Assembly: GCA_030704615.1 (NCBI GenBank)
Contig: CM060733.1
Location: 5,580,001 to 5,644,000 of the forward strand
DNA from: Takakia lepidozioides
Taxonomy: Eukaryota; Plantae; Bryophyta
Direction: 5' to 3'
DNA length: 64,000 nucleotides
This document shows, in pieces, positions 10,883-23,587 of the stretch. Under the pieces are notes generated by a model. It worked only from the letters and a program-made list of their open reading frames with translations. It had not been told where the DNA came from and searched no databases. The translations under genes and the position numbers were made by a program. Numbering within the stretch: position 1 is the first letter of the stretch; each line of letters begins with the position of its first letter.

Positions 10883-11821
10883 CTAACTTATGATGAGCTC
10901 GGAGGAACTGGACAGTAGGAAAGGGTTGGAAAGATGCTGCACGATAGTTTCAGAACAATCTCTTTTTACGAGGTCACCGAATGCATCATTACCAGTGCTG
11001 CCGTGCTTGCCGTGCTTCATTTTGGCAAGCTCCACCTGAGTCTGCATAAACAGTTGCATTCTTTGCAGCTCCAGGTCCTTGGTAAATTCCATGCGCTTGT
11101 TCTCCAGGTCCATCAGTTGTTGCTGCTTCGCGCTCTCAATTCTCTCATACACTTCCCCAAACTTAATTATAGCCCTGGCCAGATCCTTGAAAGGCCCGTC
11201 TTGCAATCTCCGTTTCTTAATCATCTTCGCCTCCGTTCCCGGTGTGGTAGCATGCGGACAGCTGTCCGTCATGTCAGGACTCTCCTTCGACTTCGTATTG
11301 GTGGACGCATTGTTAAACGTCTTCGGCTCCACATCCTCCCGCGCCTCCCGCTTCCGCGGCTTCAGCCCCGACTTAGGAACTCTCTTGTGCTTCCTCGACG
11401 TCCCTATCAATTCATCCAGCTTCTCAAAAAAGGCCCACTTGCTCCCGCTCCCGCTCCCGCTCCCCGCAACCTTGCTCTTCTCCAACTTGTACTTCTTCTT
11501 CAACGTGTCCAACCTGTTCTTGCACTGCACGTCCGTCTTGGCCGCCTTCCCCTCCTCCCTGCTGTTCACCGTGTCCGCCACATCCTTCCAATGCTTCTGC
11601 TTCAGATTCCCCCGATTCAGCTCCATGTACCGATCCCCCCACGCCTCGATGAGCGTGAAGGTCGCCCCCTCGCTCCAGCAATCCTCCCTGCCATGCTTCT
11701 CGCTACTCTCCAATCCTCCCTGCTTGGCAACCCTAGCCGCGCTGTGGATGCCCGGCAGCGAGAGCGAGAGGGCGTGGTGCTGCGGGTGGACGCCATGCGC
11801 AGCGTGGAGGTGGTCCTCCAT
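10883..11821 (-). CDS. Trihelix transcription factor, ASIL/SIP1-type (Myb/SANT-like DNA-binding domain plus C-terminal coiled coil)
   Basis: GREDCWSEGATFTLIEAWG...W..VA..V...KTDVQCKNRLDTLKKKYK...W.FF and LARAI.KFGEVYERIE...Q.M.DLE..RMEF. Likely start is MEDHLH at 11821 (upstream in-frame ATG at 11962). Probable splice donor after 10993 and a possible tiny last exon at 9715-9708. Confidence 0.92.
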   Translation of the reverse strand: MEDHLHAAHGVHPQHHALSLSLPGIHSAARVAKQGGLESSEKHGREDCWSEGATFTLIEAWGDRYMELNRGNLKQKHWKDVADTVNSREEGKAAKTDVQCKNRLDTLKKKYKLEKSKVAGSGSGSGSKWAFFEKLDELIGTSRKHKRVPKSGLKPRKREAREDVEPKTFNNASTNTKSKESPDMTDSCPHATTPGTEAKMIKKRRLQDGPFKDLARAIIKFGEVYERIESAKQQQLMDLENKRMEFTKDLELQRMQLFMQTQVELAKMKHGKHGSTGNDAFGDLVKRDCSETIVQHLSNPFLLSSSSELIIS

Positions 11822-12283
11822 AGCCAGCAGCGCCTCGCAGGGTTTGTAGCGCCCCCCCGCCCACCCCCCAACACCAAACCGTTGCCGGCCCGCCTCTCTC
11901 CGTCTCTCCTTCCGGCCTCTCCCTTTCCCCTCGCACACTGCCTTCCCGTGGATGACCTCCATCGTTCATCCTCGCCTCGTATTTTACGACACCACTACGC
12001 AATTACGTCCATTGGGTGCGTTCTCGTCGTCGCCCTTTAAAAACTATTGTTTGCAGCAGAATCGGATGTGGAGTTGAACCTGGGACCGCTTGCGTGTTGT
12101 CGGATCGCCTACTCCTGCAGATGTTGCGTGACCTGCAGATGCCGGTTAGCCCGTGCCTGCCGCCTCGCTACTCGCTACCTAACTTAACTCGTTGGTTCCA
12201 AGTTACAACCAGTCAAACTATGGGTGGATGGACGACCATGTGCAAAGCATTCATCGCGGTGGGACGGGCGTGGCGAGTGGCGA

Positions 12284-15200
12284 AACTGTGTCCCAGACAG
12301 CGAGGGGAAAGTGCCGCGGATGCCCAGCCTCCCACCTGCCCGTTTCGCCACGTCATCTATGCCACGTTGGCGCACAAGCCCGCTTGTGGACTGCCCTCCT
12401 GCCCGCCTCTCCTCGCCACGCTGGTGCACAAGCTACGGGCAGGCCTTGCCATGGAGTCTATGGCCTATGCTGCGTACCCGCTCTCCCTTTCTCAGAAGTA
12501 TATCATGGCTCAATCTGAGGCAATTTATAGAAGATATGCAACTATCATTTGGCATATAGTAACCATCTAACAAGTGCATATGGTAAGTTTTTAAAATTTT
12601 ATATGTGTATATTAATATCTTAGATATATAAAAATATATAGAAATATAATTATATGTTATAGTATATATATTTGATGAATATGTAAACATGAAATAAATA
12701 TAAAATAAATATCCAAAAAATAATGAAAAAATGACCATATAAAGTTTAAAAATATATACATAAGCAGTAAATATATCAATGAATTTGATATAACTGAGTA
12801 ATATTATGATGAGTACTATGATTATTATTTAGTATGAACTTGATATACATAAGTAATACTATAGATGAGTAATATTTCTACATCATGCGTGTTTATGTAT
12901 CATTCAACAAATTTTGTTTTGTTTTCAAATGACTTTAAACTTAGATATGAAAGAGACATTATGTTTTGATGTATAAGATTGTGTACATGTTCATTAAATA
13001 TTAGATGGTCCTACGGACAAATATAAACAGTTTAAAGAGTTACATATACATATATATGACGCCAACCGAAGCTAGCGTAAATAAGAGCCTCTTCCCCTTG
13101 CGGGTACTGTCCCTTTTAGGGGTGGACTCTTGGTGGACACTATCTCTACCGCAACCTGTCACACCGTGGCTAACTGGCCAATCTTAGGCTTATTGAGAAT
13201 TAGGGATGCGAGTGATGTAATTATTGTGAAGTGTCCGGCTCGCAATAAAAGCGTAGTGTATTTAAATGGTAGGTTGAGGTTATCTTTCAGACCTTGGATA
13301 TTATGGCTATGAGCTCCACCTTTGATACACGCACTGATGACGGTTAGAGGTGATGTGTTGCAGCTTCGCTGCCAAAGTGCCTATATGATTGGGTCATATT
13401 TTTCATGTTTGTACATAATCAATTGGTCTAGATATCGAACATGGCAGAACGCGAATTCCAAAAAATATATTTTGAGGGATGTTAGTGGTCGTGTCGACGT
13501 TGATGCCGTTAGAGGAAGTCCTTGAACTAACAAAATATCTGGGTAGAGTCTTGCGAGGCATAGGCACGGGCGCCGTTGGGAACACACACACGACAGTAGC
13601 CATGGGGTATGGTGTGGTCCGGTGAGTCAACCTTGAAACGTGCCTGCATTGATGAATTTGAACCATTTGGATTTGGGATGTCATGAAGTTAGAATTTTGA
13701 GGAGTTGTGTAACCCCTTTGGTTATGTCTTGTTACCCGTAGTCCATGAATTATGGGGTAATTGCAGAGGAGGAGTAAGTGTGGCCATGTGTCTATTTGGG
13801 GGTTTTGGGCGGAAGAGTTACAAAAAGTAACAATATAGTATAATATTTGCAAAAGTAGAGCAGAGCAGCAAAGCAGATATCTAATTTACCATACAACAAA
13901 CTAGAATGGTTGTACAAGGGCAGTTGAAAAGTGCGGGTTTCGAACTATAGACAAAAATTTCTATGTGTTGAACCTATATGAAATTGAGTTCCGTTAAGAA
14001 GCATGACAATCATCCCACTACCTCCGGCTCCACCTCGAAGACGAGCCCCAAGGCGGGATCCCATTGGGCCCGTTCTCCACCCGTACTTCACCAAGCCAAG
14101 CCTTCTCTCGACCCTACCAATGCTCCGATATACTTGTGTAGCAGCCACAGCCACGATATTTCTAGGGGCCTTGGGCCCACCGCCCCACCGACTGATCCCC
14201 ACTTCTAGAAAGCTCTAGAACCAGAAGCACACCCACCTTCCTATTTTTGTGCTACCCTCTCCACGTGGCCTTATATTTCAGCTGCTCCTATATGGGTGCC
14301 TTCCCTCCTCATTGGCCGCTCCAATCTTCTCTATTTTCTCGACTCTCAAAAGTAGCCCCTTCCAGAATTTGGGACCCCTATTTATTCATTAAATATTGAC
14401 ACAAAATGTATCACTAGTAGAATTATTTATTTATTTTGGTTGGAAAGGGGATGGAAGCCCTAAATTTTATAACAAATGGACAAATGCCGGGTGGTACAAG
14501 GAGGATAAAATAACCTCCATAGTGGGTGCCAAAGAGGCTAATCTAGGAAGACAATGCTTTGAAACCAAAGTCTGAGAAAGCAGAAAACATGTAAGAGATT
14601 GGGATGCTATCAAGGAGAAGAGATAGCTACAGCAGACAAACTACATCAGAAGACGGAGATCTAATAGCTGCCACGTTTCCTCTTGTGAGGCTCATAAGAA
14701 AGCTGAGTCCTAGATCGAGTTTGCCTAATAGAGCTGCGGCGGTGCCTCTAGTTCACTTCCGAGTCCTCATCCTCCGCAAGAGAGTGCTTTGCGCTAATGG
14801 AGCTCCGAGCCTGGTGGGATGGTGTCAACCCATTGAATTCCCGAGTAGATATAAAGTAATGACCCTAGTATGTAACATATCTACTCTTGCACATTTTGAC
14901 ACGAGTGTATGGTTATATGAGTTATACACTTGTATGCATTCTAAATTTAAGATGTATATCTAATATCCGACTAAAATTAGACCATATACTTTTGTCACTA
15001 TGTATGAAAAATCAATGTCAAATGTAATATTAGCCTAGTTAAATGACACTCATAAACCCATTTTTTGACACTTTTCATATCTGTATGGCTACAAATATGA
15101 AAATTTGTCTACATTTTATTAAGCCTCTCATTTTTTATTAATAGGGTCATGAATACACGGGCGGGCCCCGCCAGTACGGCCCTTGGGGTGAGTTCATAAG

Positions 15201-16825
15201 CCCACCACCCATTCACCGGGTAGGCCAGATTCTGAAATTTTTCTAAGTCCTTGTTCATCCACCATGGCGGACCTTCTAGCGGATTGGGCAGACCCTCCAA
15301 CAAACCGACTTCTAGGAGACCAGCAGACCCTTTAGACAAAACATATATTTAGTAATACACATTACTACTGTAGTATAACCTAGCAAGATTTGAACATCAC
15401 ACACTATGTTTATTATTCATTGCTCTTACCCACCACACTACTCACCATTTTCTACCAACCTTTGCAATAACTAATGCTTTATGTGCATATTGTGGCCCCG
15501 ATAGACTAACTCATGTGTTTTGTGGGCCCAGCAGACCAGCTTGCCGGGCAGACCCAAGACTGGCCAGGTCCGGGTAGGGGCGCTCCTACCTCTGCCACAC
15601 GCGGGCCCCGCCGCAGCCACACGCGGGCCCCGCCGCAGTCACACGTGCGGGCATTCATGACCCTATTATTGTTAAATGAGAAGCTTTTATTAATATGCCA
15701 TGTAATATAACACTAGCCCATGACAATCCTTAATCCAATTTAAAAATGTTTTGTATATAAATATGGTGAGATACATGAGAATGTGCTCTACATTTTTGTT
15801 AATATGTATGAAATAAACCCACTTTGAACATATTTTTTCATATGTTTATAGCTTAATGTACTAAAATATGTCATATGTTTTGTTAATATATTAGATGAGA
15901 TAGGAACATCTGCAACAATACCAACCCACTTTTATGACATTCCTAAACTCACACAATCTAAAATTTCTCTAGATAAGTTAAAAGTCATTTGAAAACAAAA
16001 ACAAAACACATTCAACTCTACAAGAACAAGATATAATAACAAATAAAAAACAGAGAACAATGGTGCCGGATGTGGCCCCGGGGGAAGCTCCACATGTCTA
16101 GGTAAGGGGGGTCGGGACATAGCCGTGGCTAGTCTGGCCTCATCAGCCTCTTGCTAGGCTTTTTCGGACATTTTCATGGTTAAGGGGCAATCTCTCCTTT
16201 CTCAGCCTCCATGGCCTGTCATGTGAGGTCACGTTATTTTTTCCTCCTTAATTTGTTTCGGCCTATCTCGGGCCTTTTCCAATATATATATATATTACTC
16301 AGGTATATCAAGTTCATATTATCATCATACTATTACTTATATATATCAAGTTCATCATAACAAAATATAAATGATACTTTAAAATGGAAGAATGTAGTGC
16401 AATTTGTCCACCATATTAGTTTTGTGTGTCATCTTCATTATATTTTCAGATGATTTAGTCATAATGTATGGCACCGTATTCTTAAACCCAACCATTGTTA
16501 ACACGTACAACAAAACCCAAAAAAAAATAACACACACACTTACATATGGTATTCCTAGTAACATATCATATATGTGATGTATTTTCTATAATTTGCCATA
16601 GACTCTCTAAAAAGGTATGGCTCAACCTGTTTTTAGCCCTACACTTTTGAGAGTATATGGAAGAGCCCTTAGCCAGAGTGCCCCGTGGCAAGGGGGGTGT
16701 GTGGGCTCCCCTCCAGACAGTGAAGGAGTAGTGCCGGGGCTGCCCGGCCTCCGTAGCGCAGCGGGCAGGTGGGAGGCGGGGCAGCCCGGGCACAATCTCC
16801 CCACTGTCTGGGACATAGTGCCGAG
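12284..16825. mobile_element. Non-autonomous element with long diverged terminal inverted repeats (Mutator/foldback-like), containing nested insertions
   Basis: 12285-12352 (ACTGTGTCCCAGACAG...GCCTCCCACCTGCCCG) matches the reverse complement of 16752-16819. AT-rich blocks 12780-12860 and 16290-16360 are also inverted. The 9-mer GAGTGGCGA flanks both sides (12275-12283, 16826-16834). Confidence 0.6.
15111..15697. mobile_element. MITE-like element with terminal inverted repeats
   Basis: TAATAGGGTCATGAAT (15139-15154) and ATTCATGACCCTATTA (15653-15668) are a perfect inverted pair, with weaker symmetry extending outward and GC-rich GCGGGCCCCGCC subterminal repeats. No clear target-site duplication. 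Confidence 0.65.
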
Positions 16826-17347
16826 GAGTGGCGAGGTCGGTCGGTTGGTAAGTATCCCATTCTGCAACCAGGCGCTGGCATCGGAACGACCGTAGGCTTG
16901 CGTGTAATTGTCTTGCCGGAAGGTAGGCTACACACTACACAAGACATTCTGATACGCTGGTGTGTGTTAATACACCTAAAACTAGATACCCACCGTGTTA
17001 GGTACCTAACCTGGATCCGTATATGTACTAGGTTCCTATGCGACAATACGGATTTCCCGCACGCGTGAAGTCTGGCATGCCGGGCGTCCGCCGGCCTCTT
17101 TGATTTTGCCTGATTCTTCACGTTGCTACCTCTTCTCATCCAGAACGTTTCATCCACATACACCGTCGCAAATGAAGAATAGTGACTCAGCAAGGACGGG
17201 CTGTGGATGAAAAACACACCTTGTATGAAACGCGGTTCTCGTATACCTAGTACTTCGGAAGGCAGAATTGTTTTTACATAAAAACAATACCCGTGGACCA
17301 CGTTACCCGCGCCCCAAAACAGAAACCCGGCCGTCCGGAAGCGCGAT

Positions 17348-17360
17348 AAACCCTAAACCC
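17348..17360 (+). promoter_or_regulatory. Telo-box / interstitial telomere motif AAACCCTAAACCC
   Basis: Exact plant telomere-type motif in a CpG-rich region; the associated gene was not identified. Confidence 0.4.
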
Positions 17361-17926
17361 AGCATCAGCCTCCGGTGTGTGACGGTCAACGTGACCGGCG
17401 CGACCGGCTGTTTCCAATTACCGAAAGGTAGAGAGTACAAATCTTGATTAGCGCTAATCCAAAGATAATAAAGAGCGTAAAGACATTGTTGGGCATTGTG
17501 CTAATTAATATCGCTTAGTGCACGACCGGGTGGGGCATTTATATGGATGGATAAACGCTAATCATCCAACACCCGCCGGCGGACCCTCAGCTGCCGGACC
17601 TGTCAGCCCCCTCTTCCGTCACGGCGGTGGCACGATGTTGCTGTGTCTGTCGATAATACAATATAAATACTAAATAATAATTATTCTTTCCTATTCTATT
17701 TGTGGCAAAAGAAGCTCACGAGCGACAGTTACGGCCGGCGTGGTACAGGACCGGCCGGGCACCAACCGGGCCGGGCACGGCGCGCCGGCCCAGCAGTGGC
17801 AGGCGGGGCGGCGGATCCCGAGGATCGGCGCGACGAGCGCGGTTGCCGGGATCTTGCGAGGCAGTGGTGGGGCCTGCCGGAGATGCCACCAAGATCTCGC
17901 CGTCTGACTTTCCGTTCAACCGTATG

Positions 17927-18038
17927 CTGCGTTCCCGCGTGCCCATCGCGTACGCCCGTGATCCCGGAGGCTCGCAACTGCGTTCCCGCGTGCCCATCGC
18001 GTACGCCCGTGATCCCGGAGGCTCGCAACTGCGTTCCC
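17927..18038 (+). repeat. Perfect 51-bp tandem duplication (2 units plus 10 bp)
   Basis: CTGCGTTCCCGCGTGCCCATCGCGTACGCCCGTGATCCCGGAGGCTCGCAA at 17927 and 17978, partial unit at 18029. Confidence 0.95.
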
Positions 18039-18265
18039 ATGGTACATGTTAGATTGTTCCCCGCTGCCCGACACCGGGCCCATGCCAAGACGTGGCCGGG
18101 CCGTCGGCAGCGCAAAGAACAGAGCGGCAAAACCGACCGGCAAGTCCGTCTCGCAGGTGTGGGTGGTGGGTGGACGCCGACCGGCAGTCTGCTCCCTGGT
18201 TGCAGGAGAGAAAGTTTCAAAGCGAGTGGGCCCCCGACTGCGTGTCTCTGTGAGTGATGACTCAT

Positions 18266-19627
18266 GAGCTTGTGAAGGGTCCACATGGTCCACACTTCAC
18301 AGCGAGCATGGGAAGGAGAGAGCTCTGTGTGGCTTGGCTGTGGACGTCTTTGGCACAGCTTTGGAAGGACACGGGCTTTTCGGAATCTTGGAAACTGTTC
18401 CAAGTTTGAATGCGTCCGCAGATGGTTGAGGTCTAGAGTCTAGACAGGTTTGGATAGTCGGTTCAAGGAAGGGTAGTTCACATTTTGCTTCTGGAAAGGT
18501 TAGGTCTGTCGGAGAACACAGGATAAGTTTTACACATGCCAGGATCTGTGAAGAAGAGGTCAGACTTCCATAGGGCAAGAAGTGCATATAATAGAAGACC
18601 AGGTCATCTGCACAGTGCACATCCGATGGAGATAAGTACATTAGGCTCACAAACAAATCCAGAGTCTGTTCCGTCATATGTACCGTCGGAGCTGCTGTCA
18701 CCTCCGAATGCCATACCCGCAACAGCGGACTGGCTAATGATTAGTATGCCTGATTAGTCCCTTTGGAGTTTTGTCAGCTCCAAGCGAAGAACAGGGACAG
18801 AAGTGTATTGGATACCCGTGAATACACAAGGATGAGATGGTTAATCAACGTAGTGATTGTATTCTTCATTTCTTCCAGAAGATAAAAAACGCTTTCCCTC
18901 GGTTGGTTCCCCGTGAGACAGACTCTGGAAACTCCGCGATGTCTGTAGCTAGTCAAGCAGATTGGCTTGGCCCAAAGACTGGGATCCGTTTTGAAAGTAT
19001 TCAGTAGGGTCGGATGCACATACTCTATAAACCCCATCTGCACGTGAAAAAAGGGTCGGGTTCCAGTGTCAATTCTCAATGCTTGACGTGAAACAAAGTT
19101 TGTAAGTATGTTGCTGTCAACTAAAACCTTCATGGTTGTTTGCCATCATCCATATGCTGGCGGGACCACAATTCAAACAAAACTAGTACCTGCTGTGTCA
19201 GAAGGTGACTTGTCCCACTTCAACTCTACTTAATACTAGATGTGATGAAATTCACACCCACCCACTCTTTCAGTTGAGTCGCAGATCAGCCAAGCACCTA
19301 TTCCCTTCACTTGTCTCATTCCAGAGACAACTTAAGGTAAGAGGCAGACATTCTCCTTGGGCAGTACCTGTGACCATGTGGTCTGTACTGGAATCAACAT
19401 TTTAACGCAGATGGGCCTTGCACCCACAAATCTTCACATGTGTCTGAGAGAGAAAAATAGTCATTAAATGTTTCGTGTGGACGTTTTGGCTGTGACATAA
19501 CCTTGAGGGTGTAGATCACAGGTATCACATGTACTCCTTCGACTTCACTTCTGACCATAACCTGCACCTGGTGTGGAGGGGCTCCCAAGGCTGAACGACA
19601 GCTGGACAGAGAATTCAGCTTAGAGTA
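18266..19627 (+). repeat. Local segmental duplication, copy 1 (~1.36 kb direct repeat of 28963-30317)
   Basis: Near-identical sequence from GAGCTTGTGAAGGGTCCACA to GAATTCAGCTTAGAGTA; the ORF track shows duplicated translations (18536 vs 29217). Confidence 0.97.
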
Positions 19628-20357
19628 GGTAATAGAACTGAAACATGGTTCAATACCCTAGAGACATGGTTCACAATTCCTCACCACGGAGAATTTGCAC
19701 ATGTTATTTATACATTCTCCCACTACTCTAAGGGTATGGCACTTATTCATCACATCCTCTACTTCTATTAATTTAATATGTCATGGTTTGAGTAATAGTA
19801 ACTAGTAACTAGTGAGTAAGTGAGAGGGGAAGAGAGGCCCCGGCTCTCTTTATATACTTATACACGCTCAGACGGCGGTGGGACCTTGTAGAAGGTTACC
19901 TCGGCCACGTACACTTCTCCAAACCACGTCTGCTCCTCGGTCCCATCAGGACCATGCAAACTCCCCAAAAATGGGGACTGCGGTTTCCGAGCCCTCTTAA
20001 TACCCTTTCCCATGTTTAATTTGGCCCGGGTTCATTCCCTGTGGGCCCTAGTTAGTTGTTGGACCACAGTTTAATCCTCACCCCAATTCTAACCTGGGGC
20101 ACTTATTTGATGCTCTCTTCTTAGGTGGCCTAATTAGTAGCTCTTCCTCCAACAGACTCTCGAGTCACGGTGGTCCTTCTCTCTAGATGGATCCTCTCCA
20201 AAGAATGTTATGTGGAGCTGAGAGGGGATGACCACGTGGCAGACCCAAGGAAACAGGGGAAGGATAGACTGAACAGGCCATCATCCGGCCTCTCGTCATT
20301 TGCTGCATTGCCAACTTCTTCAACAGTGCCCCCTGCTTCACTGCCACTTGGAGGTGC

Positions 20358-23300
20358 ATGCTTGCAATTCCTGCATTCTGGAACGCGTTATCATCAGTTG
20401 GGTACGCAATTTTCGAAGTCTTCTCCAGCGTTTCTGATTGCGACTCCACGGAGAGGGACGAAGCTCAAGTTGAGGCAGCATCCTCTGGTTTGAAGTTGCC
20501 GAGGTAAGCGCACTCTTATTCAAATCTGTAGTAAAGAGTTGAATCGATTTGGATGGAATTGATCGCTTTCAGCTTTTTGAATGGTTACGCAAGACTCCAA
20601 ACTTTGCTTATGAAGGAGGACTGAGGGTATTGGTGACCAAATTGCGATAGTATACCTATCACGCATTGCTTCGTTCTGGATGGAGAATAGAACATATTGT
20701 AATCCAGGATTGTAGTTGGGTCTTTGTAGTTTGCAGTGCCGTGAGGCGAGCACAGACGAGATGGTGTAATTTTTCTGTTTCCGGTTAGGTGGACACGAGG
20801 AAGTACTCTTCGGATGAGCTGCCGGTATAGTGCTCATGATTTGATGTTTTGAGTAAATGAGGCCATTCTTTGTGGACAATGTGCGCTATAATCCGGCTTG
20901 TGCAAGATTAATATGAAATCAGTGCGGTGGAAGACAAAGCCTAGTGTACTGAACCTGTTGAATACAATTCAGCTTGTGTGTGTGAATGCGTTGGGCAATG
21001 CTGTGAATGCACTAGCTTGGATGATAATGAATTGCGGGTGAAGGTTCAGGAATATCACGGAAAGGAATCATGCCTCCCACATTGCTGCTCGCTTCGTCCT
21101 TCACCGGTTCCAAGTATGTCGTCGGGAGAAGTGCTTCTGTGTGAACCCTAAATTGTTGTATGGCATTTTCTTTTGTGATATCATGCTCGGGTTGACTTTC
21201 ATTTAGTGAAAACGACGTTTCTTGCTTTGATTCTGGGGATGTAAGTACCATGGGATCACCTGCAACTCGTGGTGCTGTCATTGTGAGATTTTAAGGTTAC
21301 CTGTATCTGTCTGGCTTCTTGCGCAGATTGCAAATTCCATGCGCAGTCCAGGATAAGATTTCTACTGCTGATGCCTCCAGTGTTTCACCTGGAATTGTAG
21401 TATGTCAACAAAAAGAAAAAGACCAGGTGTCTACTAGACAGGCTGCGTCAGGTAAAATACGCAATGACAATGTGCCTACAAAGTTGTCAAGAAGGTGCGG
21501 TTCTGCACCTCTAAACTGTGAATCACAGAAACTTTCCTTACCTCTTAAGTTAAACTGTGACTGATTTGGGATTTAGAAGTCAATGTCAATCAGAAGGCAG
21601 CGTGCTTTGTGGAATGATGGACATGGACTTTTCTCTTTGACTGCCAAAGAATGTGAAGAGCCTTTCACAAACCCCAGCTAACACAGTGTACACGTGTTTG
21701 CAGAGAAACAATCCTAAGATCAAGCGGTTCTGCACTGATGTTGGCCTTCTTCAACTTCTCGTACTTGCCCCTAAATCCTTCCCATCGTATGCCTTTTGTG
21801 CTTTCTGTACTGGGTCATTGTGATGCCCACGTTTTGTGTGCAAGTGCGACAATCAGATTCTCGTGTTTTCATAGTCGATTTCAAAGGGTAAGATACTGTT
21901 TACTAACGATTCTAGGTCCATTTATCAGAGAAAGACTTTTGGTTCCGTGTCGAATCTGGACCCAGTAAGCACTCCATAGGGTCTAACGTGCTCTTATTCT
22001 CTAATTTCATGAAAATTCTCTGTTGTTGTGTGGCATTGACTCTGAGTGATGCATATGCAGCGGCGAGAGGCCTGACTATTTGGGCGTGCAGTCGAACCCA
22101 CCGTCCCTTGCGCTGTGCCCACCAACTCCTAGTTGCATCTCCACCTCAGAGGAGCTGAACGATCCCACCCACTATGTTCCCCCATGGTACCGTCTGCAAC
22201 ACCCATGCAACCTCGTAGTTCTTTAAGACCAGTCAATTTTATCTTATAGTAGCATCCAAGCCCCGTTTCAGTATTTTTTTAAATTGAGTGCAAATGCCTG
22301 TAGAGTATGAATTGGTTATTACAGTGGTCCTTCTACATTGCCTGCCTTTGATGCAACGTAGGTTCTTCGGTTCTAGTAAAATCGTGTTTATTGCATGCAC
22401 CAGGACATACAATCCTAAAGACGGTCGTGGCCGAAAGAATCCTGCATCTAAGGAGAAGGCTATGGCGGAGCTCATTGACTCTGTGAGCCTCAGCTTCACT
22501 TGTTCTTCCGATTTTCTGCATCTAGAAGATGTATGGTACTTCAAATAGTAATGGCATATATACAATGTTACCCTGTTTTGTGAAAGAAATGAATCAAGGT
22601 TGGAGCTGACTATGTTTTTTCCTTAGGAAATGCCTAATCATGAAAGACGTTCCATGTAGTGCTTAAAGGTTCACATTTGAATGCTCACAGATCAAGACGA
22701 CAAAGCCTGATAATTTCACGCCTCGAATCGTCAAGCAAACTGACGACTACGTCTACGTAGAGTACTCAAGTCCTCTTGTTGGTGTAAGTGCATAGACAAC
22801 CTTTTTCTCTTCAGCTTTTAGAACTGACACGATTTGTTTGAGCAAAGATTAGAATACAGGGATTTTAACAGATTTTGTTTTGCGACACACTTCCCAGAGC
22901 TGCAAGAGTTTCCACTCCACATCTGTATTCGGTCTAGTACCAGTAAACTTTAGGATCTGGTGCACAGCGTTAAACATATTTATTGAGTTCTAGTTCAGAT
23001 GATAGAATTGAAGAGGAAGGAATGACCTGACAGAAAGTATCGTGTCATGACGTATTCAGTTTGTGGATGACGTCGAGTTCTGGTTCCCTCCTGGCGATCG
23101 CTCGTTGGTGGAGTATCGATCTGCATCTCGAAGAGAAGGAATTGACTTCGGTTTCAACCGTAAGCGAATCAAGGTTAGTTCGAGACGCATTTGTATTGAT
23201 AACTGTAAATCAACATAGTTGAATTGAACTTGCATGTCTGTATCTGGGGTGATGAATTCTTTTTAAAGAGCTTGTCTTTATACAAGCTTTAAATTCAGCA

Positions 23301-23587
23301 ACAAGGGTCAAAGTGCTTAGAGGTCACTTTAACTTCTCTTCCTTCCAAATCCTGCATACAATGCTCTATAATAATAAGCTGCTTTTTCAGTCCTTTCCTC
23401 TTCAAGAAATTTTTTATGCTCGAAAGACATCAAATTAGACGTACTTGTGACTCCGATTAACAGTCCATTTGCAATTTGGTTAGATTCTAGGTACTTTCAT
23501 TGTGGAAATTTGTGGTTTAGACGTGATATTCCACAGGCTCTACGCCAAGCTCTGGAGCGCTATGGGTGGGAATCTATTGGATTTTGA
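20358..23587 (+). CDS. DUF1499 family protein (probably plastid-targeted), about 8 exons; first exon uncertain
   Basis: Spliced exons ~21329-21494, 21704-21760, 22061-22186 (GERPDYLGVQSNPPSLALCPPTPSCISTSE), 22404-22482, 22691-22783, 23059-23173 (FVDDVEFWF...VEYRSASR...FNRKRIK) and 23537-23587 (ALRQALERYGWESIGF*). GT-AG borders give a consistent phase. Confidence 0.85.

Noticed and set aside
10934-12040. 368-aa and 256-aa plus-strand ORFs
   Set aside because: Antisense to the GC-rich trihelix CDS.
19700-20154. Possible solo LTR (TGTT...AACA)
   Set aside because: Flanks GCACA and GACTC do not form a TSD, and the boundaries are unsupported.
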